Origin: Acidobacteriota bacterium
GTDB taxonomy: Bacteria > Acidobacteriota > Polarisedimenticolia > J045
Length of the DNA: 64,000 nt
Assembly (NCBI GenBank): GCA_046331425.1
Contig: JAXLQU010000002.1
Span: 6,398-70,397 of the forward strand
Direction: 5' to 3'
Positions 10,301-20,572 of this stretch are shown one piece after another. Numbering within the stretch: the first letter of the stretch is position 1; every line of letters begins with the position of its first letter. Below the pieces are notes generated by a model. The model was not told the DNA's origin. It searched no databases and saw only the letters and a list, made by a program, of their open reading frames with translations. Both the position numbers and the translations under genes were made by a program.

Positions 10301-12069
10301 GCAGCACCACCAAGACGAACACCGTGTCGGGCAACTACGTCGGCACCGATATCACCGGGACGATCGCGTTCACCAACGGGCAGCACGGCATCGTCATCAA
10401 GGGCGGGGCCAACGGCAACACGATCGGTGGCTTGACGGCCACAGCGGGTCAAGCGCCCGGCAACCTGATTTCCGGCAACACTGCCAACACAAGCTCTACC
10501 GGTGTCTCCGGTTCAACCGGAATCAACATCGATGGATCCGGTTCCAACAACAACATCGTGCAAGGAAACTTGGTCGGCACCGACATCACCGGCACGCTGG
10601 CGCTGGGCAATCGTCGCGCCGGCATCTTGGTTTCGCAGAGCGCGAACGCCAACACCATTGGCGGCACGGCGGCCGGTGCGCGCAACGTCGTTGCCGGCAA
10701 CAACGTCGGTACCGCGACGAGCGGTATCGAGATGTACCAGGCAACCAACAACCTCGTGCAGGGGAATTACGTCGGCGTCGACATTTCGGGCAACGTCAAG
10801 CTGACCAACACAGGCGACGGCATCCTGATGACGGATGGCGGCGGCTTCACGAGCGCCACCGGCAACACGATCGGCGGCACCACGGCGGCCCATCGCAACG
10901 TCGTCGCCGGCAACGGCGGCGTTGGCGTGCGCAGCAGCGGAGCGTCGTCGGGCAGCGAAACGATCGCAGGCAACTACATCGGCGTCGCGGCCGACGGCGC
11001 AACACTCCTGGCCAACGGAAGCCACGGGGTGCAAATCACCAACAACTCCAACAACACGATCGGTGGCACGACCGGCTTGACGGTGGGAGCCTGCACCGGC
11101 TCGTGCAACAGGGTCTTTGCCAACGGCGGCGTGGGCGTACGAATCGACAGCGGCACCGGCAACGCCGTGCGCGGCAACTCGATCAGCGACAACAGCTCGC
11201 TGGGGATCGATCTCGGTGCGGCGGGCGTGACGGCCAACGACGCCAACGATCCCGACACGGGCGCCAACAATCTGCAGAATTTCCCTGTGATCACGGCCGC
11301 CACGTATGACTGCGCGCTTGGTACGTTGAAGGTGGACGGCACGCTCAACACCACGCCCAATCGCACCGGGTTGGTGATCGAGCTGTTCGCGAATGTCGCA
11401 AGCGACCCGAGTGGCAACGGCCAAGGTCGCACGTATCTCGGGACGATCAGCGGCATCAACACCGACGCCGGCGGCAACGCGAATTGGACGATCACGGTGA
11501 CGGGTCAGCAGACATTCTTGTCGACCACCGCCACCGACGGAACCAACAGCTCCGAGTTTTCGGCGACGTTCAATCCAAACTACGACCAGGATGCCGACGG
11601 TGTGGCCGATTGCGTCGACAACTGCCCCAGCGTTGGCAACCCTGGTCAGCAGGACTTCGACCTCGATACGCTCGGCGACGCGTGCGATCCCGACGACGAC
11701 AACGATGGCTTCCTGGACGGCGTGGATTGCGCCTCGCTCAACGCGCTGGTTTGGGACCTACCGGCGGAAGTAAGCAACGTCACGTTCCTGAACGCTTCGA
11801 ACATCAAGTGGGACAGCCTCCTGGCGCAGGCTGGTCCGGGCACCAACTACGACGTCATGCGCGGCAGCACCGCGGAGTTCCCGGTGGGCAGCGGCGGCAG
11901 CGAGGTCTGCTTGGCGAACAATGCGCCGGGCAACAACCTCTCCGCTCCCATCGATCCGCTTGTCGGCGAGGCGTTCTACTACTTGGTGCGCGGTCGCAAT
12001 GTGTGCGCGACGGGCAGGTACGGAAACCAAAGCGACGGCACACCGCGCACCACCAGCGCGTGCCCGTGA
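7389..12069 (+). CDS. Giant secreted adhesin-like protein: FG-GAP/VCBS-like repeats, right-handed parallel beta-helix (PbH1) repeats, TSP type-3 Ca-binding repeats, C-terminal FN3-like module; reading frame disrupted at about 9060-9100
   Basis: Signal peptide MVGSTRVISALATVTTLGALALA. DxDxDG repeats. Dozens of GNxIxGN beta-helix units. DQDADGVADCVDNCPSVGNPGQQDFDLDTLGDACDPDDDNDGF (TSP3). Track ORFs 7278..9350 (frame 0) and 9145..12069 (frame 1) are one gene. The repeat-consistent reading needs two -1 shifts (frame 0 to 2 near 9063, frame 2 to 1 near 9096). Confidence 0.6.
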
Positions 12070-12143
12070 CGCCGATGGACTGAGAGGCTGACGAGGAAAC
12101 CCCAACCGCGGCCGTAACTGGCCCGGGTCTTTCCCCTCCACCA

Positions 12144-12187
12144 AGGGCCGTTGCCACGTTCGTGGCAGCGGCCCTGTTCTTTTTCAT
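12144..12187 (+). terminator. Rho-independent terminator-like hairpin downstream of the adhesin gene
   Basis: GGGCCGTTGCCACG ttcg TGGCAGCGGCCC stem-loop followed by TGTTCTTTTTCAT. Confidence 0.5.
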
Positions 12188-12332
12188 CCGGCGCTTTGGT
12201 TTACCGCACACCATGAGTGCCGCGAGATTGGATCCCCAGAACGGCCCGAACGTCACGCCGGGTGAAAGTTCGTGTACCGATTGTTGGGACACCGGCCACG
12301 AGTTGTTTGTACAGTTGTGCTCGGCTTCGGGG

Positions 12333-15300
12333 ATGGCGATGAGTTGTAGGGCTCTGCATCGGGTGTTGGTGGCGGTTGGCCTGCTGTGGCCGCACTGGTC
12401 TGTGGTGTGCGCCGACGAGCCGTCGGTGCAACTGCTGCGCGTCGATGAGACCGGTCTGGCCTATCGATTGGGGGCTCGTGCCGGCGACATCATCAGTCGA
12501 TACCAAGAACTCGCCGCACCCAAGCTCGAGCAAGTCCTGGAGCGCGATGATGCCTTGCGACGATGGCGCGGCGTGCCCCTCACACTGCAACGCGGAACGG
12601 AGATGATCGCGTTGGAAATGCCGCCCGGAGAGCGAGGCTGGGACGTCGGGCCGCGATTACCGACACAACTGGCCGAACGAGCCGCGCAGGCTCTTACGCG
12701 TGCCGCGCAGTTACAAACGGTCAGTCCTGCAGAGGCCGAGAGAATCGATCGTGAGGTTGCCAGCGTCGCCGGCATCAGCGGACATCGTTGGTGGTACGAG
12801 GCGATGTCGATCGCCTGGCAGCGTGGTGCCGACCATGCGTCGGCTCAGTCGTGGCTAGAGCAGTTGGATCGCGAGGCGGCCGGCACGTCCCCCTGGGCAC
12901 GCCGCGCCGGGCTGTCGCTCGGCAAGCTGTATTTGCGCCACGGGGCGTCGGAGGAAAGTGCAAAAGCGCTGCAGCGTGCCCTGACCGCCGCGCGCGTTGG
13001 AGAGCCTCCATCGTGCGCGGTGGCGCCGCTGCTGTCGTGGGCCGATCTGGATCACACGCGCGGTGACCTCGTGCACGCCGATCAGAATGTCAACGAGGCC
13101 AAAGCGATTGTCGATGCGCTCGCCCCTGACAGCTTGCTGGCCTCCGATGTACTGGCGATGCAGGCGGTGCTCGCTTGGCGGCGTGGACAGGTCGAACCGT
13201 ATCGGCAAGCAGCGTCGATGGCGCTGGCCCTGCGCGCGAAGTTCGCCCCGGAAAGCCTCGATCATGCCTCGGCGTTGACGGCCGTCGGCGACATGCACTG
13301 GGCCCTGGGTCAACTCGACACCGCCTTGACGTACTACCAGCACGCCTTGGAGATTCACCAGCGACTCGTTCCCGGCAACATCGAGGAGTCACGCTCGCAT
13401 ACCAACTTCAGCAAGCTGTACTGGCAGGCAGGCGATTACATCAAGGCGCGCAACTCGCTGCAGGCGGCGTTGGAGATCCAACGCCGCGTTGCACCGGACG
13501 GGTTGGACATCGCGTGGACCTACAACAACCTTGGAATCAGCGCCTCCGGTGCTGGCGATTTGCCTGCCGCACGCCGGTATCACATGCAAGCGCTGGCAAT
13601 TCGACAGCGATTGTTTCCGGGAAGCCCGAGCGTAGCGTACTCGCTGCTGAATCTTGGTACGGTGCTGATGTCGCAAGGCGACTATCAGGGCGCGCGTGAG
13701 CATCTCAGCGCGGCGCTGGCGATCGTCGAGAAGATCTCCGCGGAAAGCCTCGACACCGCGATGTGTCTTTTCAGTCTTGCGCAGATCGCCGCCTGGGAAG
13801 GGGACACGCAGCGAGCCTTGACGCTGCATCAGCGATCGCTGGCGTTGCGCGAGCGGCAGGCACCCGGCAATCGACACACACGTGAATCGCACACGGCGCT
13901 TGGCGATCTGCAACTGCAACTCGGCAACCTCGATCAGGCGCAGCATTACTTTCAGCGCGCGTACGAAATCCAGCAGCAACTCGCCCCCGAGAGCGCCGAC
14001 ATCGCCGCATCGCTCTGCGAGCTGGGTCGCGTCGCCTTCGCTCGCGGCGACTACGAGCAGGCTCGGCGCTTGGCCGATCAGGCCGAGCGAATCGTCGAGC
14101 AGCGATCGCCGGGCCACCCCTACATGGCCACGATCCACTATCAGCAGGGACAGGTGGCGCGGGCTCAGGGCCGACTTGCCGAGGCGCGGGCGTTGATCGG
14201 TTCGGCGCTCGAGATCTTCGACAAGGATCGCTTCGATGCAGGGGGAGTCATGGCGCGTGCCTACTACAGCGGCCTGGCCGGTGACGCCGAGCACGACCTG
14301 ATCGACGCCGACGTGGCGGCCGGTGACGTGCCTGCCGGATTCGAAGTGCTCGAGCACCGTCGCGCGCGCGGCATGCTGGAGACAATGGCCGAGGCGACCA
14401 TCGACTGGAGCGCGCAGCTACCGCCGGCGCTTCGCCATCGTATCGAAGCCTTGCGCATCGAGCGCGATCGGCTGAACTCGGGCAACTCGTCCTTGCCACC
14501 GAGCGAGATTGCGCTGCGCTTGTCGCTTCTGGAGAACGAGCAGGAGGAGATTCTCGACGAAGTCCGCGAGGTGGTGCCGCGCTTCGCCGAGTTGGTGTAT
14601 CCACGCGCTTTGAAGTTCGACGCGATGCTGCAACAGTTGCCGCCCGGCGGGGTGCTGGTGGCGTACTCGATCGGCGCGAAGGATTCGTTGCTCTTGGCGC
14701 TGCGGCGCGACGCGGCAGGGCGCCCCGAGACTCGCGCGGTACGTTTGGATCTCACGCAAGACACGTGCGACAAGCGTGTCGATCTGTTGCGCGGCCTGGT
14801 TGGCGATCCGTCCAGTGGTGAGATGTGGCGTGCGCCCAGCCGTGCGCTCGGTGCGGAGTTGCTGGGGTCGCTTCACGATTGGCTGATAGCGGCGCAGCAT
14901 CTGGTGGTGGTGCCCGATGGCGCCTTGCATCGCCTGCCGTTCGGCCTGTTGATCGAGCGCGGTGATCAGCCGCTGGTGATGCAACTTCCCGTCACGACCA
15001 CACCGTCGTTGACGATGCTGGCTCAACTGCGTGCGCGACCGGAACGCACCTCACGAGGTGCGTGGGTCGGGATTGGCGATCCACACTACGAAGCCAAAGC
15101 GGCGCCTCCTGACAGTGCGTGGCTGCGGCGGGGCGCCTCGTTGCAACCACTGCCCGGAACGCGGGATGAACTCACGCGTGTCAATCAACTGATGACCGGC
15201 GCGCGCCGCTTGTATTTGGGTCGCGCCGCCACGGAGAGTTGCGCGATCGGCGCGGCCGGCGATGCGCAGGTACTGCACTTTGCCTGTCATGGGTTTACCG

Positions 15301-15842
15301 ATGACCGTTTCCCGCTGCGCTCGGGACTGGTGCTTTCGACCCCTTCGAGGGCGGGTGGAAACATCGACGACGGAGTCCTTCAGAGTTCGGAGGTGCTGGA
15401 GCGGATGCGCTTGAATGCCGACCTGGTGGTGCTCTCCGGCTGCGATACCGGAGGGGGATTGCTGCACGGCGGTGAAGGGTTGATGGGCTTGAGTCGCGCA
15501 TTCTTTGGCGCCGGAGCGCGGAGCGTGGTCGCCAGCCAATGGGCGATCTCCGACGCTTCGACCGCAGAACTGATCGAGCGTTTCTATGCAGGGCTTCGCG
15601 ATGGGCTGGCGCTCGATGTGGCGCTGCAGCGTGCGCAGCAGAGTTTCGTCGCGCAAGTACGTTGGTCGCATCCGTACTACTGGGGAGCGTTCCAGTTGGT
15701 TGGAGCCCGCGAGCCGATTCCAGCGCTGCACGTCGCCCCGCACTCGACAATCGGCGGACGCAGCGCGGCGCTGATCGTCGGCCTTGGTTTGCTCGCAGTG
15801 GTTTATGCCGTGTTCGCGGCGAAGATCAAGCAGCCAGGTTAG
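12333..15842 (+). CDS. TPR-repeat protein with C-terminal CHAT (caspase-like) protease domain
   Basis: Signal peptide MAMSCRALHRVLVAVGLLW. Many TPR units. C-terminal CHAT motifs VLHFACHGF...DLVVLSGCDTGGG...SVVASQW. Confidence 0.75.
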   Translation: MAMSCRALHRVLVAVGLLWPHWSVVCADEPSVQLLRVDETGLAYRLGARAGDIISRYQELAAPKLEQVLERDDALRRWRGVPLTLQRGTEMIALEMPPGERGWDVGPRLPTQLAERAAQALTRAAQLQTVSPAEAERIDREVASVAGISGHRWWYEAMSIAWQRGADHASAQSWLEQLDREAAGTSPWARRAGLSLGKLYLRHGASEESAKALQRALTAARVGEPPSCAVAPLLSWADLDHTRGDLVHADQNVNEAKAIVDALAPDSLLASDVLAMQAVLAWRRGQVEPYRQAASMALALRAKFAPESLDHASALTAVGDMHWALGQLDTALTYYQHALEIHQRLVPGNIEESRSHTNFSKLYWQAGDYIKARNSLQAALEIQRRVAPDGLDIAWTYNNLGISASGAGDLPAARRYHMQALAIRQRLFPGSPSVAYSLLNLGTVLMSQGDYQGAREHLSAALAIVEKISAESLDTAMCLFSLAQIAAWEGDTQRALTLHQRSLALRERQAPGNRHTRESHTALGDLQLQLGNLDQAQHYFQRAYEIQQQLAPESADIAASLCELGRVAFARGDYEQARRLADQAERIVEQRSPGHPYMATIHYQQGQVARAQGRLAEARALIGSALEIFDKDRFDAGGVMARAYYSGLAGDAEHDLIDADVAAGDVPAGFEVLEHRRARGMLETMAEATIDWSAQLPPALRHRIEALRIERDRLNSGNSSLPPSEIALRLSLLENEQEEILDEVREVVPRFAELVYPRALKFDAMLQQLPPGGVLVAYSIGAKDSLLLALRRDAAGRPETRAVRLDLTQDTCDKRVDLLRGLVGDPSSGEMWRAPSRALGAELLGSLHDWLIAAQHLVVVPDGALHRLPFGLLIERGDQPLVMQLPVTTTPSLTMLAQLRARPERTSRGAWVGIGDPHYEAKAAPPDSAWLRRGASLQPLPGTRDELTRVNQLMTGARRLYLGRAATESCAIGAAGDAQVLHFACHGFTDDRFPLRSGLVLSTPSRAGGNIDDGVLQSSEVLERMRLNADLVVLSGCDTGGGLLHGGEGLMGLSRAFFGAGARSVVASQWAISDASTAELIERFYAGLRDGLALDVALQRAQQSFVAQVRWSHPYYWGAFQLVGAREPIPALHVAPHSTIGGRSAALIVGLGLLAVVYAVFAAKIKQPG

Positions 15843-15855
15843 CGTCAGTCGCCGG

Positions 15856-17154
15856 TTACTGTGACGCCGTGTCGATGTGGCTCAGCACCGCAGCCATGGC
15901 TGCGTCGATCCCGGCCGCAAACTTCGCGAACGTCTGCTCGACCGGAACGTCGGGTACGAGCGTGACCGGATCGCCGTCGACCCGTCGCCAGAACTTGGTC
16001 GAGTAGTTGATCACGAGCCCGGAGTTGGGGAGCGACAGTTGCCGCACCTCGCCGTATGAATTCGGTTTCTGGCCGGTGCCCTCGCCGACGAGTGTCGCCT
16101 CGGTCCATTCCTTGAAGCTGATGGCGTTGGACGCTGCCGACGAGAACGTGCGTTTGCCGATGAGCGCGAACAGTGTTCCGCGGCGGTTGAGCGCAGGGCG
16201 CCGCGCGATGGCACGGATCAACGGGCGCAGCACCGCTTCACTTCCGCCATCATTGCGTCGCAGATCGACGACGAAGCGATCGACCGGTTTCGTGTCTGCG
16301 ATTTCGAGCACGTCGCGTTGGAGCGCATCGAACGGCTGTGATTTGTCGTCGCGGCATTTGTTGAAAGCTACGTACAGTAGGCGCGCGTCGGGGACGTACT
16401 CGTACCAGTAGGGAAGATTCTGGTTTTTCAGCCAGAGTTGGTGCGGGAGCGGGGAGGGGGCCACGGTGACCGCAATGAGCGGGGCCCCTCGCTCGCTTGC
16501 CGGCCGCGCTTTGACTTGCAACGTAAACGCAGGGTTGTCGGAGCGTTGAAACGTGAACCGGGCGCCTTCGGTGCTGTCGATGATCTGTTGGCTCTCGAGG
16601 TACTCGGCGTAGGACAGCCATCGCGGGAGTTGCTCCTTACGACACGGCTCGTTCTCGCAGCTGGAGAGTTTTGCCAGCGCGCTCTCGACCTGTGCGATGG
16701 CTGTGTCATTGATGGCGATCAGTCGCGATCCGATCGCTGACCGGTACTCGGAGGGAGCTGCCAGAAGATAGATCCCGTCGTGAAACGACCAGAACTCGAG
16801 CGGGAAGCGGTGCAGATCGTCCCCGACCATCACGACGGTAGTGTGGGCGTCACCCACACTCGCCACGATCTGCATCAGCGCGAAACGGATCTGGAGGTCG
16901 GTCATGGTATCGAGCTTCTGCTCGAGTGTGCTGAGCGCTTGTTCGAAGGCGGGGCGCGAGACGGTATGAAACAGGTTCTTGTGCCGTTTTGGGAGTTCGG
17001 CTTTGAGGTACGCGAGGTCTTGCTTCCATCGCGCGGCCTCCAGCGCCTGAGCGCCGCCAATTTCTGCGGCGAGAAGCGCGATCAGCACCAGGCTGGCGTG
17101 GAGCCACCGCGAGGTATTCAGCCTCGAGGCGCGGGTAGAGTCGTCGAGTTTCAT
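15856..17154 (-). CDS. S41 family C-terminal processing peptidase-like protein
   Basis: Signal peptide. VVDLRRNDGGSEAVLRPL and ALIGKRTFSSAASNA resemble S41 active-site and PDZ-adjacent motifs. Confidence 0.6.
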   Translation of the reverse strand: MKLDDSTRASRLNTSRWLHASLVLIALLAAEIGGAQALEAARWKQDLAYLKAELPKRHKNLFHTVSRPAFEQALSTLEQKLDTMTDLQIRFALMQIVASVGDAHTTVVMVGDDLHRFPLEFWSFHDGIYLLAAPSEYRSAIGSRLIAINDTAIAQVESALAKLSSCENEPCRKEQLPRWLSYAEYLESQQIIDSTEGARFTFQRSDNPAFTLQVKARPASERGAPLIAVTVAPSPLPHQLWLKNQNLPYWYEYVPDARLLYVAFNKCRDDKSQPFDALQRDVLEIADTKPVDRFVVDLRRNDGGSEAVLRPLIRAIARRPALNRRGTLFALIGKRTFSSAASNAISFKEWTEATLVGEGTGQKPNSYGEVRQLSLPNSGLVINYSTKFWRRVDGDPVTLVPDVPVEQTFAKFAAGIDAAMAAVLSHIDTASQ

Positions 17155-17250
17155 TTGGGCGGCCTCATTCCTCCCCGTCGGTGCGGGAATCTCACCCTAG
17201 AACGGGCCAAGGTCGTTCTCGTTTCAGCGTGCTGACGATTTCAAGCAGGA

Positions 17251-17895
17251 TCAGCGCAGCCTCGCGCTGAACGTCGTGCTCTTGACCCGCACGCCATCGG
17301 CGGCAACGGCGGTGACCTGCCACAAGAAGCGCTGGCCCGCGCCATACGGTCGCAAGGCATCGCCCGGGACTTGCGCCTCGGGCGATGGCAGTCCGTTGGC
17401 GACGAACACGATGGCGAGATGTTCGTCGCTGACGGTGAGATCGTACGTGGCGCCCGGAAGCGCGCTCCAACGCAACGTAAACTGATCGCGGTCGAGCGTG
17501 GCGTCGGGGGCTAGTGCCGAGGCGATCGTGCTGTGTTCCACCTCGCGTTGCACCTGGGTTGGAGTGACAGGCTCGACAACGTGTCGCAGCGACCAGCCGC
17601 CAACTACCAAGGTGACGGCAGCCGCCGCAGTCGCGAGCCAACGCCATGACGACGCGGCATCGGCACGCGCGGCTGCTGTTGGCTGCTCTGCGCGCGCCAC
17701 GTTCCATGCCACGGCGCACGCTGGACACGAGGCGACGTGATCGAGCACCGTGAGATCCTCGTCGCTCATCCGTTGGCCGCGAGCTGCCTCCAGCAAAGCC
17801 TCGGCCGTCGGGCACGCGCTCGGTCGGGTTGCCGATGCGGTCGGCTCGCGGAAGACGCGCTGCAGCGCTGTGTCGTCCCATCGCGAGTCGCTCAT
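17251..17895 (-). CDS. Anti-sigma factor (zf-HC2-type) with TM helix
   Basis: MSDSRWDDTALQRVFREP...ACPTAEALLEAARGQRMSDEDLTVLDHVASCPACA (HC2 zinc finger). TM WRWLATAAAAVTLVVGGW. ATGA overlap with the upstream ECF sigma gene. Confidence 0.6.
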   Translation of the reverse strand: MSDSRWDDTALQRVFREPTASATRPSACPTAEALLEAARGQRMSDEDLTVLDHVASCPACAVAWNVARAEQPTAAARADAASSWRWLATAAAAVTLVVGGWSLRHVVEPVTPTQVQREVEHSTIASALAPDATLDRDQFTLRWSALPGATYDLTVSDEHLAIVFVANGLPSPEAQVPGDALRPYGAGQRFLWQVTAVAADGVRVKSTTFSARLR

Positions 17896-18428
17896 GGTTG
17901 CAGTCCTTTTTCTTGCAAACAGTCGCGAAGGTCGGAAAGCCCGCGATAGGTCAAGTGCTCCACGCTCTTCTTCGATTGCGCGAGCATCGTTGTCGCTTCG
18001 GAGCTGGAGTGCCCTAACAGGTGCAACGTCACCGCGTGGCGCCGCGCTGGGGCGAGTATCGACAGACAATCGCGCAGGCCGCGATCGATCGCGTTGGAGC
18101 GCACGACACGTTCGCCGTCCACGGTTGCAGACGGCGGTGGGGCCTCGATCGCATCGTCGTCGAGCGACACCTCGACCCGCCGGAACTTCCGCCGGATTTC
18201 ATCGATCAGCGCATGCTTGGCCGTAGTAATGAGGTAGCCCATGGAAACCTCGCCGCTGCGCCCCTGGCGCGCGTACGCGTCGAGTGCGCGTAGCAGCGCA
18301 CTCTGCACGATGTCCTCGGCCTGATCGGCCAACCAACGCGGGCACCGACGACGCACGATTCCCAACAACTGTGCGCGCACGCCGTCCATATCCGTGTCGT
18401 GAATCGCCCTTGGGTCCACCAGCGCCAC
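17892..18428 (-). CDS. ECF-family RNA polymerase sigma factor
   Basis: Sigma-70 region 2 (EDIVQSALLRALDAYARQG, YLITTAKHALIDEIRR). Region 4 (LAPARRHAVTLHLLGHSSSEATTMLAQSKKSVEHLTYRGLSDLR). Confidence 0.8.
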   Translation of the reverse strand: MALVDPRAIHDTDMDGVRAQLLGIVRRRCPRWLADQAEDIVQSALLRALDAYARQGRSGEVSMGYLITTAKHALIDEIRRKFRRVEVSLDDDAIEAPPPSATVDGERVVRSNAIDRGLRDCLSILAPARRHAVTLHLLGHSSSEATTMLAQSKKSVEHLTYRGLSDLRDCLQEKGLQP

Positions 18429-18486
18429 CTTTGGCCCTTAGCATCGACCGAAACCGGCGCGGAGGTAAACCCCCACCTCACGCTGT

Positions 18487-18600
18487 TTTTATCAAAAGCG
18501 CCTCACCAAATGCGCCCCACCAAGAGCGCCTCACCAAGAGCGCCCCACCCAAATGCGCCTCACCAAATGCGCCTCACCAAATGCGCCTCACAAAAATCCA
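18487..18600. repeat. Tandem approx. 14-15-nt repeat (GCGCCYCACCAARWG), about 7-8 copies, in a divergent intergenic region
   Basis: gcgcctcaccaaatgcgccccaccaagagcgcctcaccaagagcgccccacccaaatgcgcctcaccaaatgcgcctcaccaaatgcgcctcac read directly from the sequence. Confidence 0.7.
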
Positions 18601-18876
18601 CGTCACCAACAGCGTCGCTCCCCAGCCAGGCCTTCCGTTGCGGCGCCGCCCGATCAACTGGCCAGGGATCGCGGGCGAGCACGTTCGCGAGTTGCCCCGT
18701 GGTCACCCACCCCTCCTCGGGTCGGATCGGCGCCCACGCTCTAGACAACGGTTTGCCGGGCTCGATTCCCCACCCATCGACAAACTCACTCGCGACGTTC
18801 CCGGCTTGACGGAGGTAAAGCGTCGATCCCTGGGGCGAAGGGTAGGCTTGCCATCTGTCCAACGGGAGGTTTCACG

Positions 18877-20193
18877 ATGTCGCGCCAGAGAGTCGTGATC
18901 ATGGGAGCTGCAGGTCGAGACTTTCACAACTTCAACGTGCTGTATCGCAATCGGCCCGACACCGAGGTGATTGCGTTCACTGCCACACAGATCCCCGATA
19001 TCGAAGGTCGCGTCTACCCGGCGGTTCTCGCCGGGGAACACTATCCACAAGGGATTCCGATTCGCGCCGAGGAGGAGCTCGAGAAAATCGTGCGCGATCA
19101 CAAAGTTGATGACGTGCTGTTCTCGTACTCGGATGTATCGCATCAGTACGTGATGGACAAGGCGGCCCATGTCAACGCCTGGGGCGCCAACTTCACGCTG
19201 GCCTCGGCCGACAAGACGATGATTCGCTCGCGTCGTCCCGTGATCGCGATTACCGCTGTGCGCACGGGTGTGGGAAAGTCGCAAACCACACGTTACATAT
19301 CGTCGATCTTGAAGAAGCTGGGGAAGAAGGTGGTTGCCGTCCGGCACCCGATGCCATACGGCGATCTGTCGCAGCAGGTCTGTCAGCGCTTCGCCGACTA
19401 CAACGACCTCGACAAGCATCGCTGCACCATCGAGGAGCGCGAAGAATACGAGCCGCATATCGATCGAGGCTTCGTGGTCTACGCCGGCGTCGACTACGAG
19501 ACGATCTTGAAGTCGGCCGAGCAAGAAGCCGATGTCGTGCTGTGGGATGGCGGGAACAATGACACACCGTTTTATCGGCCCGATCTGCACATCGTGATGG
19601 TCGACCCGCATCGGCCGGGGCACGAGTCGTCGTACTACCCAGGAGAATCGAACGTGTTGATGGCGGACCTGATTCTGGTTGCCAAGGTCAACACTGCGGA
19701 CCCGCTCAAGGTGGTTGCCGTCGAAGGGGCCTGCCGCAAACTCAACTCGCGAGCACGCATACTGCGCTGCGCGTCCGAGATCAACGCGGGCGATCCCGCT
19801 GCAATTCGCGGCAAGCGTGTCTTGGTGGTGGAAGATGGGCCAACCCTCACGCACGGCGGAATGAGCGTTGGCGCCGGTTGGTTTGCAGCCACCCAAGCGG
19901 GTGCTGCCGAGATCGTCGATCCGCGGCCGTATGCGGTGGGGTCGTTGCGCGAGACGTACGCGAAATACCCGAACGCCACCGGCATTCTGCCTGCGATGGG
20001 CTACGGCGATCAGCAGGTGCGCGACTTGGAGGCCACGATTCGCGCGACACCTGCGGATGTCGTGCTGGAAGGCACGCCGATCGATTTGAAGCGGGTGCTT
20101 ACCAGCGAGAAACCGATGATTCGTGTGACGTACGACCTGGCGGAGCAGGAGCCGGGTGCGATCGAGGATGCGATTAGGCGCGTTGTTGGTTGA
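18877..20193 (+). CDS. Cyclic 2,3-diphosphoglycerate synthetase-like / DUF1611-type P-loop protein
   Basis: N-terminal Rossmann-like VVIMGAAGRDFHNFN. Walker A VRTGVGKSQTTRY. Overall resemblance to cPGS/DUF1611, from memory. Confidence 0.45.
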   Translation: MSRQRVVIMGAAGRDFHNFNVLYRNRPDTEVIAFTATQIPDIEGRVYPAVLAGEHYPQGIPIRAEEELEKIVRDHKVDDVLFSYSDVSHQYVMDKAAHVNAWGANFTLASADKTMIRSRRPVIAITAVRTGVGKSQTTRYISSILKKLGKKVVAVRHPMPYGDLSQQVCQRFADYNDLDKHRCTIEEREEYEPHIDRGFVVYAGVDYETILKSAEQEADVVLWDGGNNDTPFYRPDLHIVMVDPHRPGHESSYYPGESNVLMADLILVAKVNTADPLKVVAVEGACRKLNSRARILRCASEINAGDPAAIRGKRVLVVEDGPTLTHGGMSVGAGWFAATQAGAAEIVDPRPYAVGSLRETYAKYPNATGILPAMGYGDQQVRDLEATIRATPADVVLEGTPIDLKRVLTSEKPMIRVTYDLAEQEPGAIEDAIRRVVG

Positions 20194-20572
20194 GTGGGTT
20201 GATCGGAAACGGCCACGGCAAAGATGAGGAGCAAGCTGCGCCGCTGGATCGTTGTTCGTTTGCGTGGTGTGGAGCATCACGGCCGTCGATTCGGTTAGCA
20301 CGACTGTTCTAGCGCATTCATGAGGCTGGTTCTTCGGCTGGCCGGAGTGACTCGCACGAAAGTCGAGGCGCTTAAGGTGTGCAGATTGGGTAAGCGCAAA
20401 GAGAAACTGCGCCGAGGAATCGAGCCATGAAGCCGCTCCGGGATTGGGCTGAGAAGATGCGCCGGGAGGTTGCCTCAACGCACCGCACCGAGGCGTCGCG
20501 CAACGGAGTGGTGCCAAGGATCCTCGCCGGGAGGCCACACACTTCACAGAACACCCACACCCACACCCACGC

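Noticed and set aside
8968-11495. Several long minus-strand ORFs (494, 303 and 173 aa) inside the adhesin gene
   Set aside because: Antisense reading of GC-rich Gly/Asn repeat codons. The plus strand shows an unambiguous repetitive beta-helix protein.
9145-12069. Treating 9145..12069 as a separate gene starting at Met (MGVNVTGG...)
   Set aside because: The beta-helix repeat continues without interruption from the upstream frames. It is the 3' part of the 7389-start gene after frameshifts.
13389-15750. Minus-strand ORFs of 322, 202, 230 and 151 aa inside the TPR-CHAT gene
   Set aside because: Antisense artefacts. The plus strand has TPR and CHAT motifs.
18703-20547. 614-aa minus-strand ORF
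   Set aside because: Antisense to the cPGS-like P-loop gene, which has clear Walker A and Rossmann motifs.
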